This document shows positions 1 through 11,306 of a stretch of DNA of 64,000 nt, piece after piece. Origin of the DNA: Mustelus asterias. Lineage: Eukaryota. The notes beneath the pieces are model-generated. The model worked only from the letters and a program-made list of their open reading frames with translations. It searched no databases and was not told where the DNA came from. The stretch lies in NCBI RefSeq assembly GCF_964213995.1, contig NC_135801.1:96038001-96102000 (forward strand), read 5' to 3'. The stretch's first letter is position 1; each line of letters opens with the position of its first letter. The position numbers and the translations under genes were made by a program.

Positions 1-217
1 CTGTAACAACAACGGGAAGCTCAACACCATTTGCGGCGAAGCACTCTTATTGACTGGCAGGCACCCTTTTCACCAGTTTTAACAGCTGCTCCCTCCACCG
101 CTGGTGCACAGTGGCTACATTGAACACTATCTTCAGAATGTTTTGCAGCAAGTCGCCAAGTTTTCTGCAATATCACCTCCCCAAATCTGCAAACTGGAAT
201 GACATGGACAGAAATCT

Positions 218-560
218 TAGAAATCTTAGAAACCCTACAGCATAGAAAGAGGCCATTCGGCCCATCGAGTCTGCACCGACCACAATCCCACCCAGGCCCT
301 ACCCCCATATCCCTACATATTTTACCCACTAATGCCTCTAACCTACGCATCCCAGGACACTAAGGGCAATTTTTAGCATGGCCAATCAACCTAACCTGCA
401 CATCTTTGGACTGTGGGAGGAAACCGGAGCACCCGGAGGAAACCCACGCAGTCACGGGGAGAATGTGCAAACTCCACATAGACAGTGACCTGAGCTGGGA
501 ATCGAACCCAGGTCCCTGGAGCTGTGAAGCAGCAGTGCTAACCACTGTGCTACTGTGCCG
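218..560 (-). mobile_element. HE1-type tRNA-derived V-SINE, full length
   Basis: tRNA-like head (cacagtggttagcactgctgcttcacagc), V-domain core (gggtttcctccgggtgctccggtttcctcccacagtccaaaga), CR1/HER1-like 3' tail. Many copies in the window. Confidence 0.85.
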
Positions 561-3500
561 CCCAGCAGCTGGCACATGTGAAGGCCACCATTTTATCAAG
601 GGCATTTACAGATAGGCAAAGACATTTTGGCCTTTGCACATATCTCCAGACTAAAAAATTGTTATAAAAGGTTTTGAAGTTGACATTGTTATGAAGAGAA
701 GTTATTTTTTGCAGAACTTTACCGAAGGGAGTTCATTGGTTTCAATTTTTGTTCCTGTATTTTTATCAGTGTTACATGTCTGAACACGTCATGGTGTGTG
801 TGTTGTCAGTGCTATTCCTGTCAGAATTTGTCTGAGTCTGGACTTGCTTTTGGAAGAGGTGTAGAATTTAAAAATCTACTTGTTGATCTTCTGTGGTGGT
901 TCACTCAGTCATGACCAGGTGCAGTGCCAGATACAGAGGTTGGCGTGAGAGACCGTGCCATGCAAAAGTAATTCACTTCTCATTTTAAAATCATTGTCCT
1001 GCCGGTTATTTATATGCAACATTGATAAATTAATCTATCATTGCAGTAATTTAAAGAAACAGTATCATTTTGTTGGGATGTTGGTGCATTAATAAAAGTC
1101 ACCAATCTGATCCCAATAGAGTTGATTACTGGAGTTGTCTCCAGTTGAGAGCTCCCTGTTGAGTCTGCAGAGCTGAAGAGCCAGGTTTTCCTGGAGGAAA
1201 GAATACAAACTGAAGCTACAACTAGCTCGACTGCTCATATCATTGTTGAATGAAGATGAATCTGGGTTAGGCTTTGACAACTTCCACTATCAGAGCAGTT
1301 GGGGGAAACACTTGTTTAGTAAGTCAATAATGTTTGTAAGGTCTATCAATTCCAGTGTGTTGTGCTGCATTATATTTTATTCGTTTGCTCTGAGAACTGA
1401 TGTTCAAACAATTAAATATTGATGTATGCAGCACATTGGAATATCCGGCCAATCTGTCTCATAGGGCTATACAGGCTTTTAAATAAATGGCTTGGACACG
1501 TGCTCCAAAGGCAAGAGAGCATCTCATCAGCCTTCCACTAGTTTGTCCTCTTTCCTCCACTGCACTCCGACCCCACTCTTAGATTGGACACTTGAGTGCT
1601 TCAACTGGAAGCTAACAAATGCATTTCATCCACAGATTCATTCAGTTAGCCTACAGCTCTTAAGACCTGATCTAGATTTATAATGAAGTTGTTATAATTG
1701 AAACATAGTACCATAGTAGAATAAAAAATAGCAAGTGCATCCAATGGACATTTTTGATCCGTCCCTACAGTTTTTGATAAATGCTGCACACTGGTTTCCT
1801 AGCGCAAGAAGCATTTTTTTTTGCATGGGACCATTTGTCTTGTATAAACCCAAGTTACAATCAGCTATTTGATCATGGAGGGCACCACAGAAGAACCTAA
1901 ATCTCTTCACATACTGAAATTTACAAATCAGTCTGCTGACTAAGCCCCATACCACATGCCTTTAAGCACAACTAGACTTCAATCCTCACGCTACATCTTA
2001 AACTTCGATTGCTCAATCACGTTGTTGCTCTAACAAATGGTGTGTGATCGTGTAACAAGTGCACACACGAGCACAGCTGGCCCTATCTGAATCTTTCTCT
2101 CACGAAACACCAGGAAGTTGGTACAACTCAAGTTTTCTCTTGGATCAAATATTTGGTCACTTCATATTTATGCAAAGAATTAAGGAAATTGTATAATACC
2201 CCCTTTACATAGGTTTAAAAGTAGAGGTATAAAGTGGCATTCATAACAGAAAATACTACTCGTGTTTCGCATGGTGTCTCCATCAGAATTTTGTTCCTGC
2301 AATTATTTATAATGGCCATTGTCCCCTTTCGAATCGGAAAGCCTTCGTTTATAATGTGACACAGTAAAATAAACTTCACACGTCTATCAACACGTTACAT
2401 CATGACAAAAATTGTCAAGTTTTTTTATCTCTTTCAAAAATAATACTTTTTCCATCTTGAATATCGTGTCCTTTAAAAATAAGTTTATTTGAATAATTTT
2501 ACATTGCTTGAAAGAAGACCGGGCAAGAATGATAATTATTGACAAAGGAAAATCGAGTTTCTGTCAGTTTCTTTACTATCCATTGTAAAGAAAAGGGAAT
2601 ATTTCCGAAAGTGACCGTACCTGTAGTATTGACTGCTCTGTGCTCCTTTCTGCAACGTCCTGGGCTGGTGCTGTGCTTGTAGACTCTTGCAATTTTCTGT
2701 CAGCTGAATCTTGCTGTCTCAATCGTTGCGAATGGACAGAAGACTTACCCCTTTCCTTTGGTACCTTGGTTGCATTTGTATTAGCATCGGGTTCCACAGT
2801 GACTTTTGAACCGGTAGCATGTTGCTGTTGTGCAAGGTTAGAAGGTAAGGGCCTTGTGTTTTCCGCCATCCGTACCAGAGCGAATGTCAAGTAATAAACA
2901 ACAACCTGCGTAGTTTGCTTAAAAAGTAAACAGAAATCGCTGTTGGAATAGTTTATGAAAGAGGTGTGGCAGAATAAGTCAGTGTACCAACTCGAATTTT
3001 TTTTTGATGTTATCCTTCTTCAGGGCCTGTTAATTTATCATTTAGATGTTTACTGAACACATCTAATTAGCAGGTGCATGAGACAACTTTGTATGTATGT
3101 ATCATCCCCCTCCACTCCTGCATTACACCTTGGTAAAAATGGACTGTTCCAAATTAAACCCTTGAGGCGATTGGCAACAAGCGTTGGAACAACATTCCAT
3201 TCTATTGAAAAAAAATGTTCCACCATAAAGGCTGTAATACCAGAGTGAAGGGTGAGACAAGTTTGTGTTTGCCTTTCACAGGTTAATGAACAACTTTTCA
3301 TATATATTGCTGCTGTAATTGTTTAACTTGTACATAAAACAGCTCTGATTACAGAATTCAGAGGTTTTTAATCTAGTGTGCTGAAATGATTCTATGCTTC
3401 CAACAAATATCTACTACATTTACTCACCTAAAAACTAAAATTTTAAACATTTAAGTCATTTGTTTAAGTTTATTTATTAGTGTCACAAGTAGGCTTACAT

Positions 3501-3814
3501 TAACACTACAATGAAGTTACTGTGAAAATCTCTTGATGGTCGTGTTTGAACAGACTTTTACCTTGTAAACAAAATAGTTTCTTTTAATGATGAAATGAGC
3601 ATCAATTGGTGTTGTTTTTCAGAAGATCAATTTATCCCTTATTTCTCAGCTGCTCTTTTATTGATAGTAGTTAATCAATCACGCCTGAAGATCAAAATCT
3701 CAACTATAAGATAGAGAGATCTTTGAATTTAGAATAATTGTCAGGAGTCTGTTTAGAAGGAGAATGGTTAACTGATCTTGTTTTCAGATGTTTCGCAGCT
3801 GATAATGTGTGTAG

Positions 3815-3982
3815 GTTAGGGTGGATTGTGTGTGCAGTGCAGAGGCTAGGGGGAATAGCCATGGTAAATGCATGGTGTTATGGGGATAGAGCAGGGGTGG
3901 GCCTGAGTAAATTGCTCTGTTGGAGAGTTGGTGCAGACTCGATGGGCCAAATGTCATCCTCCTGCACAGTAGGGATTCTATA
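3815..3982 (+). mobile_element. HE1-type SINE 3' fragment
   Basis: Tail sequence gcagactcgatgggccaaat...gtagggattcta. Confidence 0.7.
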
Positions 3983-5074
3983 ATTAAAGTATGCTTGCAG
4001 ATTAATATTACTCCTCTTCTGTGTTGTGCTGATATCTGCTTTGAAATAACCTTCTGCTTTGTCCCTTTTCCATATCTTTTAAATATTTATTTTCAAATAC
4101 TAATCTGCTTCCCAGTTAAATGCTGTGATGTGTTCTGTGTCTACCACTGTTTTTGATGGAGCATTCTATGTGCATAAAATAAAATCTCCCGAGCTCTCCC
4201 TTAACCATTTTGGCAACTTGTAAAATTTATCTTTTACTAGTCCAATTGCTAAGCACTAGAAGTAGTTTATCATATTTTACTTTATCAAGACCTTTCATCG
4301 AATCAACATTTATTTAACCTCAATTGTTTTAAGAAGAGTGCCAATTTTTCACATCTCTTAACAGTTAACATCCCTTCTGTTTCCGATCCATGACCTTGAA
4401 ATCCTCCTTTAAAGTAAGGCATCGTTCCAACTGGCCTAACCAACGATGTGTTTAGATTGAGCATTCTCTTGTTTTGGTTTTTTAATACTCCATGCTTCTT
4501 GTTTTTCCCATGGATGTTAATATTTACATCCTTCTATTCGGAACAATATCCATTAGCCACCATAATGTGTTCTGTCTTTAAGTGTTGCTGCTGACCCTTT
4601 TAATGCTGTGTGCCTTAATTTTATTAACAAGCTGTCTTTTTCAAAACCTTTTGAAAATCCATTTGGCCTCCATTTCTTTTATAAATATATTCCATTAACT
4701 CCTGAAATCTGTGCTGCCTGTCCTTAACTAAGTGGTTTTTTCTGTCAAGGTAAGTTTAAGCCATATTATTGAAGTTAGACTCTCATCTGATATAGTTAGC
4801 TGGTGTATCCCTTTATATCCTTTTTAAGCAGAGCTATTATATTATAGTTGACAGATTGTGACTGTATAACTTTGACTTCTCTTGGCATTATCAGAGGCAC
4901 CATGGGTTGTTGCCTTTGGCAGTGAATTTCAGCATTTCTTTTTCATGTCTAGTTAGCTTTTCCAGCCGCTCCACTACAGCATTCTTCAGTGAAAAGTATG
5001 GCGAAGCATTCATTTAATATCTCTGCCACAATTTGCTTTTTCATACTGTGAAGTTATTGAACTTAATGTTAAGT

Positions 5075-5345
5075 CAAAGTTTATTTATGATGTCACAAGT
5101 AGGCTTACATTAACACTGCAATGAAGTTACTGTGAAAATCCCTTAGTTGCCACACTCCAGCGCAAGTTCAGGTGCACTGAGGGAGAATTTAGCATGGCCA
5201 ATGCACCTAACCAGCACATCTTTCAGACTGTGGGAGGATACCGACGCAGACACTGGGAGAACGTGCAGACTCCGCACAGTTACCCATGTCGGGAATTGAA
5301 TCTGGGTCCCTGATTGTGAGGCAGCAGTGCTAACCACTGTGCCAT
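5075..5345 (-). mobile_element. V-SINE variant with aataaact-type tail
   Basis: Same head and core as HE1 with a different tail. Related copies near 20725, 35382, 36250, 46205 and 63805. Confidence 0.8.
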
Positions 5346-5625
5346 AAAGTGCCTAATCGAAAGATGAGGTGTTGTTTCTCCAATTCGCATTGGGCTTCAT
5401 TGGAATATTGCAACAGGCCAAGGAAAGACATGTGGATGTGAGAGCAGGATGGCGTGTTGAAATGGCAAGCGGCAGGGAAGTCTGGGTCCTGCTTACGGAT
5501 GGACCAAAGGTGTTCTGCAAAACGGGTCACCCAGTCTGCGTTTGGTGTCTCCGAGTAGACCGTGTTGGGAGCGGTGAATGCAATAGTCCAGATTAAAGGA
5601 GGTGCTCATGAAGCGTTGCTTGAAT
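5345..5625 (-). mobile_element. Degraded Penelope-like element, GIY-YIG endonuclease C-terminal remnant
   Basis: Translation RFAEHLWSIRKQDPDFPAACHFN...EKQHLIFRLGTL is typical of the end of a PLE GIY-YIG domain. Confidence 0.7.
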
Positions 5626-7104
5626 AGGGCAGGTTTGAGGACAGATGAATGTTCTGGATTTTTGCTTCAGGATTCAGACAAACTGAGCTATGGGGGTATT
5701 TTCTAAACGTCCACCCCTATCTATGGTGCCTAACATGCAGAAACAATGAACATTAGAACTGCAGTGTAGAGTCATAGCATGACCTAACACGAAAGAAGGT
5801 AATTTGGTTCATTATGCCTGTACCGCCCCTTTGAAAGAGCCTATGCAATTAGTGCCATTCCCTTACTCTTTTCTGGTTGCCTTGCAAAATTTCTACTTCA
5901 AGCATTTATTCCATTCTCTATTGTAAGTTATTTTAAAATCTGTGTCTATTGCCATTTCAGGCAGTGTGTGCCACATCACAACTTGGAAGGATACTTTTTG
6001 TTCCCTTTGTGACGCATCTTTTGCTAAGTTCTAATAATTTTACTGCAAATTATTGTTTTTAAAATGTTCCCCGGCACTGATGTTGAACTGATAAGCCTGT
6101 ATTTTCTGGATATTTTAGCTGTATAGCAATCACCCCCATATCCGAGGAGGATTGGGAGATTGGCCATATCCTCTGCAATTTCTACCTTTACACCCCTCGG
6201 CAACCTCGGCTGCATTGCCATTTAGACTGGGTATGACTTTTCCATTTTGGGCACTGCTACCAATTTTTTAAGCCTCCCTTTATCTAATTTCATCGTATCA
6301 AGTTTCATCGTATCAAATTTCTTTACTGCCTCATCTTTTGCTGTGACATTTGCAGCAATTGTTTCTTTGTGAAGACGAATGTTAAGTATTCATTTGGTTC
6401 CTCAGCTATGTCCTCTGCCTCCACAATAAGATTTCCTCTGACTACAGTTTTAGTATTTAGAGAAGATATTCGGGTTCCTTTTTTAAAAAAATGCCATCTG
6501 CTAATCTGTTCTCTCACACTGGTGGTGATTGATGGAAGATTTTGGCTAATAAATACTTTCTCTCTTGACTTGTTTTCTTTTTTGCTGTACATCTGTATGA
6601 AGAGAGAGGGCAAATTTGCATGTTATTCGTCCCTCCAGCAGCTATGGAGCATTTCACACCAATGAATCATTTCTGTTGTTGTTTGTAGGGAGCTGCGGCA
6701 GCCCATTGGCCCACAAACACCAATCAGACGGTTGAAATATCGATCTGTTTATTTGTGGTGGTTTCAGGGTGTATTTTGGCTGGATTATCAGCAGAGCTGC
6801 TCTGTTTTATCTCTGACATTATCACTGACCTGGCATACGAGCCGCTCTCATATTTGATGGCAGGAATTTGTGCTCAGTCACTGAAGGATTGAAGCTGACT
6901 GGGTGAAAAGTGTGAAAAAGTTACCAAGCAATCTGTACTGACTTTTCTCGATCTCTATTTCTCACCTTGATGCGTCAAAAAAAGCTCTATGAAAAGGACG
7001 TCCATTCTTAACAACTGCTGTATTTAACTTTCAGATTCCACAACCTGTGCGCACAATTCGTAAGCACCCCTATAGTAATTAATCTATCTTTCTTTTTGCT
7101 TCAG

Positions 7105-7177
7105 GTATTCCCAGTTTTATTCAGAGGAGGAGTTCTGCCACTACAACATGTTTAATCATCACTTCTTTGGGGGAAAG
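7105..7177 (+). CDS. ZCCHC4: ZCCHC4 internal exon (R)[24 protein letters not shown]
   Basis: Polypyrimidine-cag acceptor and gtaggt donor. The peptide matches the recalled vertebrate ZCCHC4 segment [20 protein letters not shown]. First ZCCHC4 exon found in the window. Confidence 0.93.
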
Positions 7178-7565
7178 GTAGGTACTTCAGTGTGTATCTG
7201 ATTATATAGGTGCATTGCTATGTAAAGTTTCCTTCAAGGACAGGAAAGTCGAATAGAAATTTTGTTCAAATTAGTTCCCCATTGTCTATTTAAAGGAAGT
7301 GTTCTTACAGAAATATTCTTTCATTGTCCAAGTAATAATTTGCCAATTTATCACGTTGGATCTTCTTGCCTGTCAGCGATCCCAATAAAGGGGAGGAATG
7401 GTGAGGCACTCATTAATTACAGAGGGATCTGGGAGCTCAGCCAAAGCTGCCTGAATCCAGGAAGGTTTGCAGCCCTTAAGACAAGCTGTCCCCATTGCAG
7501 TTAGTGATTAAAGAACAGGTAACCTCTACTGCTTATCTACCCGTTTTTCCACATATCTCCACCTA

Positions 7566-7885
7566 TGGATGATGGGGGCGTCTAGAACCAAGTGTTACAG
7601 TCTGAGGATATGGGGTAGACCATTTAGGACAGAGATGAGGAGACATTTCTTTACCCAAAGAGTGGTGAGCCTGTGGAATTCATTACCAGAGGAAGTAGTT
7701 GATGCCAAAACATTAAATGTATTCCAAGAGCTGGATATAGCACTTGGGGCAAACGGGATCAAAGGTTATGGGGTGAAAGTAGGATTAGGCTATTGAGTTG
7801 GACGATCAGCCATGATCGTGATGACTGGTGGAGCAGGCTCAAAGGGCCTAATGGCCTCCTCTTGGTCCTATCTTCTACGTTTCTA
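7566..7885 (+). mobile_element. CR1 LINE 3' end
   Basis: FFTQRVVSLWNSLP ORF2 C-terminus followed by 3' UTR. Confidence 0.8.
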
Positions 7886-10800
7886 GAAGCAGGAGTAGGC
7901 TATTTGGCCCTTCGAGCCTGCTCTGCCATTCATTTTGATCATGGCTGATCATCAAATTCAATATCCTGATTCTCCCCTTCAACCACCCCCCCCCCCCCCC
8001 CCCCCCCCCAAATATCCCTTGATCCTTTTAGCCCCAAGAGCTATATCTAATTTTTTCTTGAAATCAGACAATATTTTGGCCTCAACTACGTTCTGTGGTA
8101 GTGAATTCCACACATTCGCACACCCTCTGGGTGAAGAAATTTCTCCTCACCTCAGTTCTAAAAGATTTACCCCTTATTCTCAAACTATGACCACCAGTCC
8201 TGGACTCCCCCACCAGTGGGGACATTCTTTCTGAACCCCATAGTGTCATAGAGGTTTACAGCATGGAAACAGGCCCTTCGGCCCAACTTGTCCATGCAGC
8301 CCTTTTTTTTAAAACCCCTAAGCTAATCCCAATTGTCCGCATTTGGCCTGTATACCCATCGTACCCATGTAACTATCTAAATGCTTTTTAAAAGATAAAA
8401 TTGTACCCGCCTCTACTACTACCTCTGGCAGCTTGTTCCAGACACTCACCACCCTGTGTGAAAAAATTGCCCCTCTGGACACCTTTGTATCTCTCCCTCT
8501 CACCTTAAACCTATGCCCTCTAGTTTTAGACTCCCCTACCTTTGGGAAAAGGTATTGACTATCTACCTTGTCTATGCCCCTCATTATTTTATAGACCTCT
8601 ATAAGATCACCTCTCAGCCTCCTACGCTCCAGAGAAAAAAGTCCCAGTCTATTCAGCCTCTCCTTATAACTCAATCCATCAAGTCCCGGTAGCATCCTAG
8701 TAAATCTTTTCTGCACTCTTTCTAGTTTAATAATATCCTTTCTATAATAGGGTGACCAGAATTGCGCACAGTATTCCAAGTGTGGCCTTACCAATGTCTT
8801 GAACAACTTCAACAAGACGTCCCAACTCCTGTATTCAATGTTCTGACCGATGAAACCAAGCATGCCAAATGCCTTCTTCACCACTCTGTCCACCTGTGAC
8901 TCCACTTTCAAGGAGCTATGAACATGTACCCCTAGATCTCTTTGTCCTGTAACTCTCCCCAACTCCCTACCATTAACTGATTAAGTCCTGCCCTGGTTCA
9001 ATCTACCAAAATGCATTACTTCGCATTTGTCTAAATTAAACTCCATCTGCCATTCGTCAGCCCACTGGCCCAATTGATCAAGATCCCGCTGCAATTGGAG
9101 ATAACCTTCCTCACTGTCCACCATGCCACCAATCTTGGTGTCATCTGCAAACTTACTAACCATGCCCCCTACATTCTCATCCAAATCATTAATATAAATG
9201 ACAAATAACAGTGGGCCCAGCACTGATCCCTGAGGCACACCGCTGGTCACAGGCCTCCAGTTTGAAAAACAATTCTCTACAACCATCCTCTGGCTTCTGT
9301 CAAGAAGCCAATTTTGTATCCATTAAGATACCTCACCCTGGATCCCGTGAGATTTAACTTTATGCAACAACGTACCATGCGGTACCTTGTCAAAGGCCTT
9401 GCTAAAGTCCATGTAGACAACATCAACTGCACTGCCCTCATCTACCTTCTTGGTTACCCCTTCAAAAACTCAAATAAATTTGTGAGACATGATTTTCCAC
9501 TCACAAAGCCATGCTGACTGTCCCTAATCAGTCCTTGCATCTCTAAATGCCTGTAGATCCTGTCTCTCAAAATACCTTCCAACAATTTACCCATCACAGA
9601 TGTGAGGCTAACTGGCCTGTAGTTCTCAGGCTTTTCCCTGCAGCCCTCTTTAAACAAAGGCACAACATTTGCCACTCTCCAATCTTCAGGCACCTCACCC
9701 GTGACTATCGATGATTCAAATATCTCGGCTCGGGGACCCGCAATTTCCTCCCTAGCCTCCTACAACGTCCTGGGATATACCTCATCAGTTCCCACAAATC
9801 TATCTACCTTGATGCGCTTTAAGACTTCCAGCACCTCCTTCTCTGTTATATGTACACTGCTCAATACAGCAATATTTAATTCCCCAAGTTCCCTAACATC
9901 CATGCTTTTCTCAACAGTAAATACTGATGAGAAATATTCATTTAGGTTCTCACCCATCTCTTGTGGATCCGCACATAGATGACCCTGTTGATCCTTAAGA
10001 GGCCCTACTCTCTCCCTTGTTACTCTTTAGCCCTTTATGTATTTGTAGAAGCTCTTTGGATTCTCCTTTGCCTTATCTGCCAAAACAATTTTGTGTCCCC
10101 TTTTTGCCCTCCTGATTTCTCTCTTAACTCTACTCCGACACCCCCATACTCTTCAAGAGATTCACTTGATCCCCGCTGCCTATGCACGTCATGTGCCTCT
10201 TTCTTCTTCTTGACCAGGGCCTCAATATCCCGAGTCATCCAGGGTTCCCGACTTCTGCCAGCCTTGCCCTTCACTCTCAGAGGAATGTGTTTACCCTGAA
10301 CCCTGGTTAACACACTTTTGAAAGCCTGCCACTTACCAGACATCCCTTTTCCTTCCCACAGACTCCCCCAATTAACTTTTGAAAGTTTCTGCCTGATACC
10401 ATCAAAATTGGCCTTGCCCCAATTTGGAATATTAACTTTTGGGACAGACCTATCATTCTCCATAGCTATCTTAAAACTAATAGAACCTACCCTGTTAGAA
10501 TTTTGTAAGTTTCTCCGAGATCCCCTCTCACTCTTCTCAACTCTAGTGAATATAATCCTAACCGACTTAGTCTCACCTCATATGACAGATCGGCCATCCC
10601 AGGAATCAGTCTGGTAAATCTTTGCTGTACTCCCTCCATAGCAAGGACATCCTTTCTTAGATAAGGACACCAAAACCGCACGTAGTACTCCAGGAGTAGC
10701 CTCATCAATGCCCTGTACAATTGCAGTAAAACATCCCTATTTCTGTACTCAAATCCTCTCGCTATGAAGGCCAACATACCATTTGCCTTCTTTACTGTCT

Positions 10801-11112
10801 GCTGTACCTGCCGCTTACTTTCAGGTGGTGCACGAGGCACCAAGGTCTCGCTGAGTATCCACCTCTCAATTTTACACCCATTCAAGTAATAATGTCTTCT
10901 ATTATTTCTACCAAAGTGAATAACCTCACATTTATCCACGTTATACTGCATATGCCCACATACTCAGCCTGTCCAAATCACGCTGAAAAATCTCTGCATC
11001 CTCCTCACAGCTCACCCTCCCACCCAACTTTGTATCATCTGCAAATTTGGAGATAATACATTCAATTTCGTCTTCCAAATCATTAATATATAATGTGAAC
11101 AGTTGGGGTCCT
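7886..11112 (-). mobile_element. Older CR1 LINE (7886-8237 and 10483-11112) split by a younger 5'-truncated CR1 (~8238-10482)
   Basis: RT motifs PQGSVLGP and SKFADDTK, plus LVRPHLEYC. The older copy resumes after a duplicated gaacc. Stops and frameshifts present. Confidence 0.88.
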
Positions 11113-11139
11113 TAAGATCTTGAGTTTCTCAGTTTTACT

Positions 11140-11306
11140 CTGTACAATCCTGCACATCTTTGGACTGTGGGAAGAAACCGGAGCAGCTGGAGGAAACTCA
11201 TGCAGACACAGGGAGAACATGCAAACTCCACACAGACAATCATCCAAGGCTATGATCTAACTCGGATCCCTGACACTGAGGCGCAGCAGTGCTAACCGCT
11301 GCCACT
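11140..11306 (-). mobile_element. V-SINE 5' fragment
   Basis: Head plus V-core. Confidence 0.75.

Noticed and set aside
1692-1913. Alternative second exon for the nested antisense candidate (YVKRFRFFCG...)
   Set aside because: Weak pyrimidine tract and an unconvincing peptide; the ~1190 acceptor is stronger.
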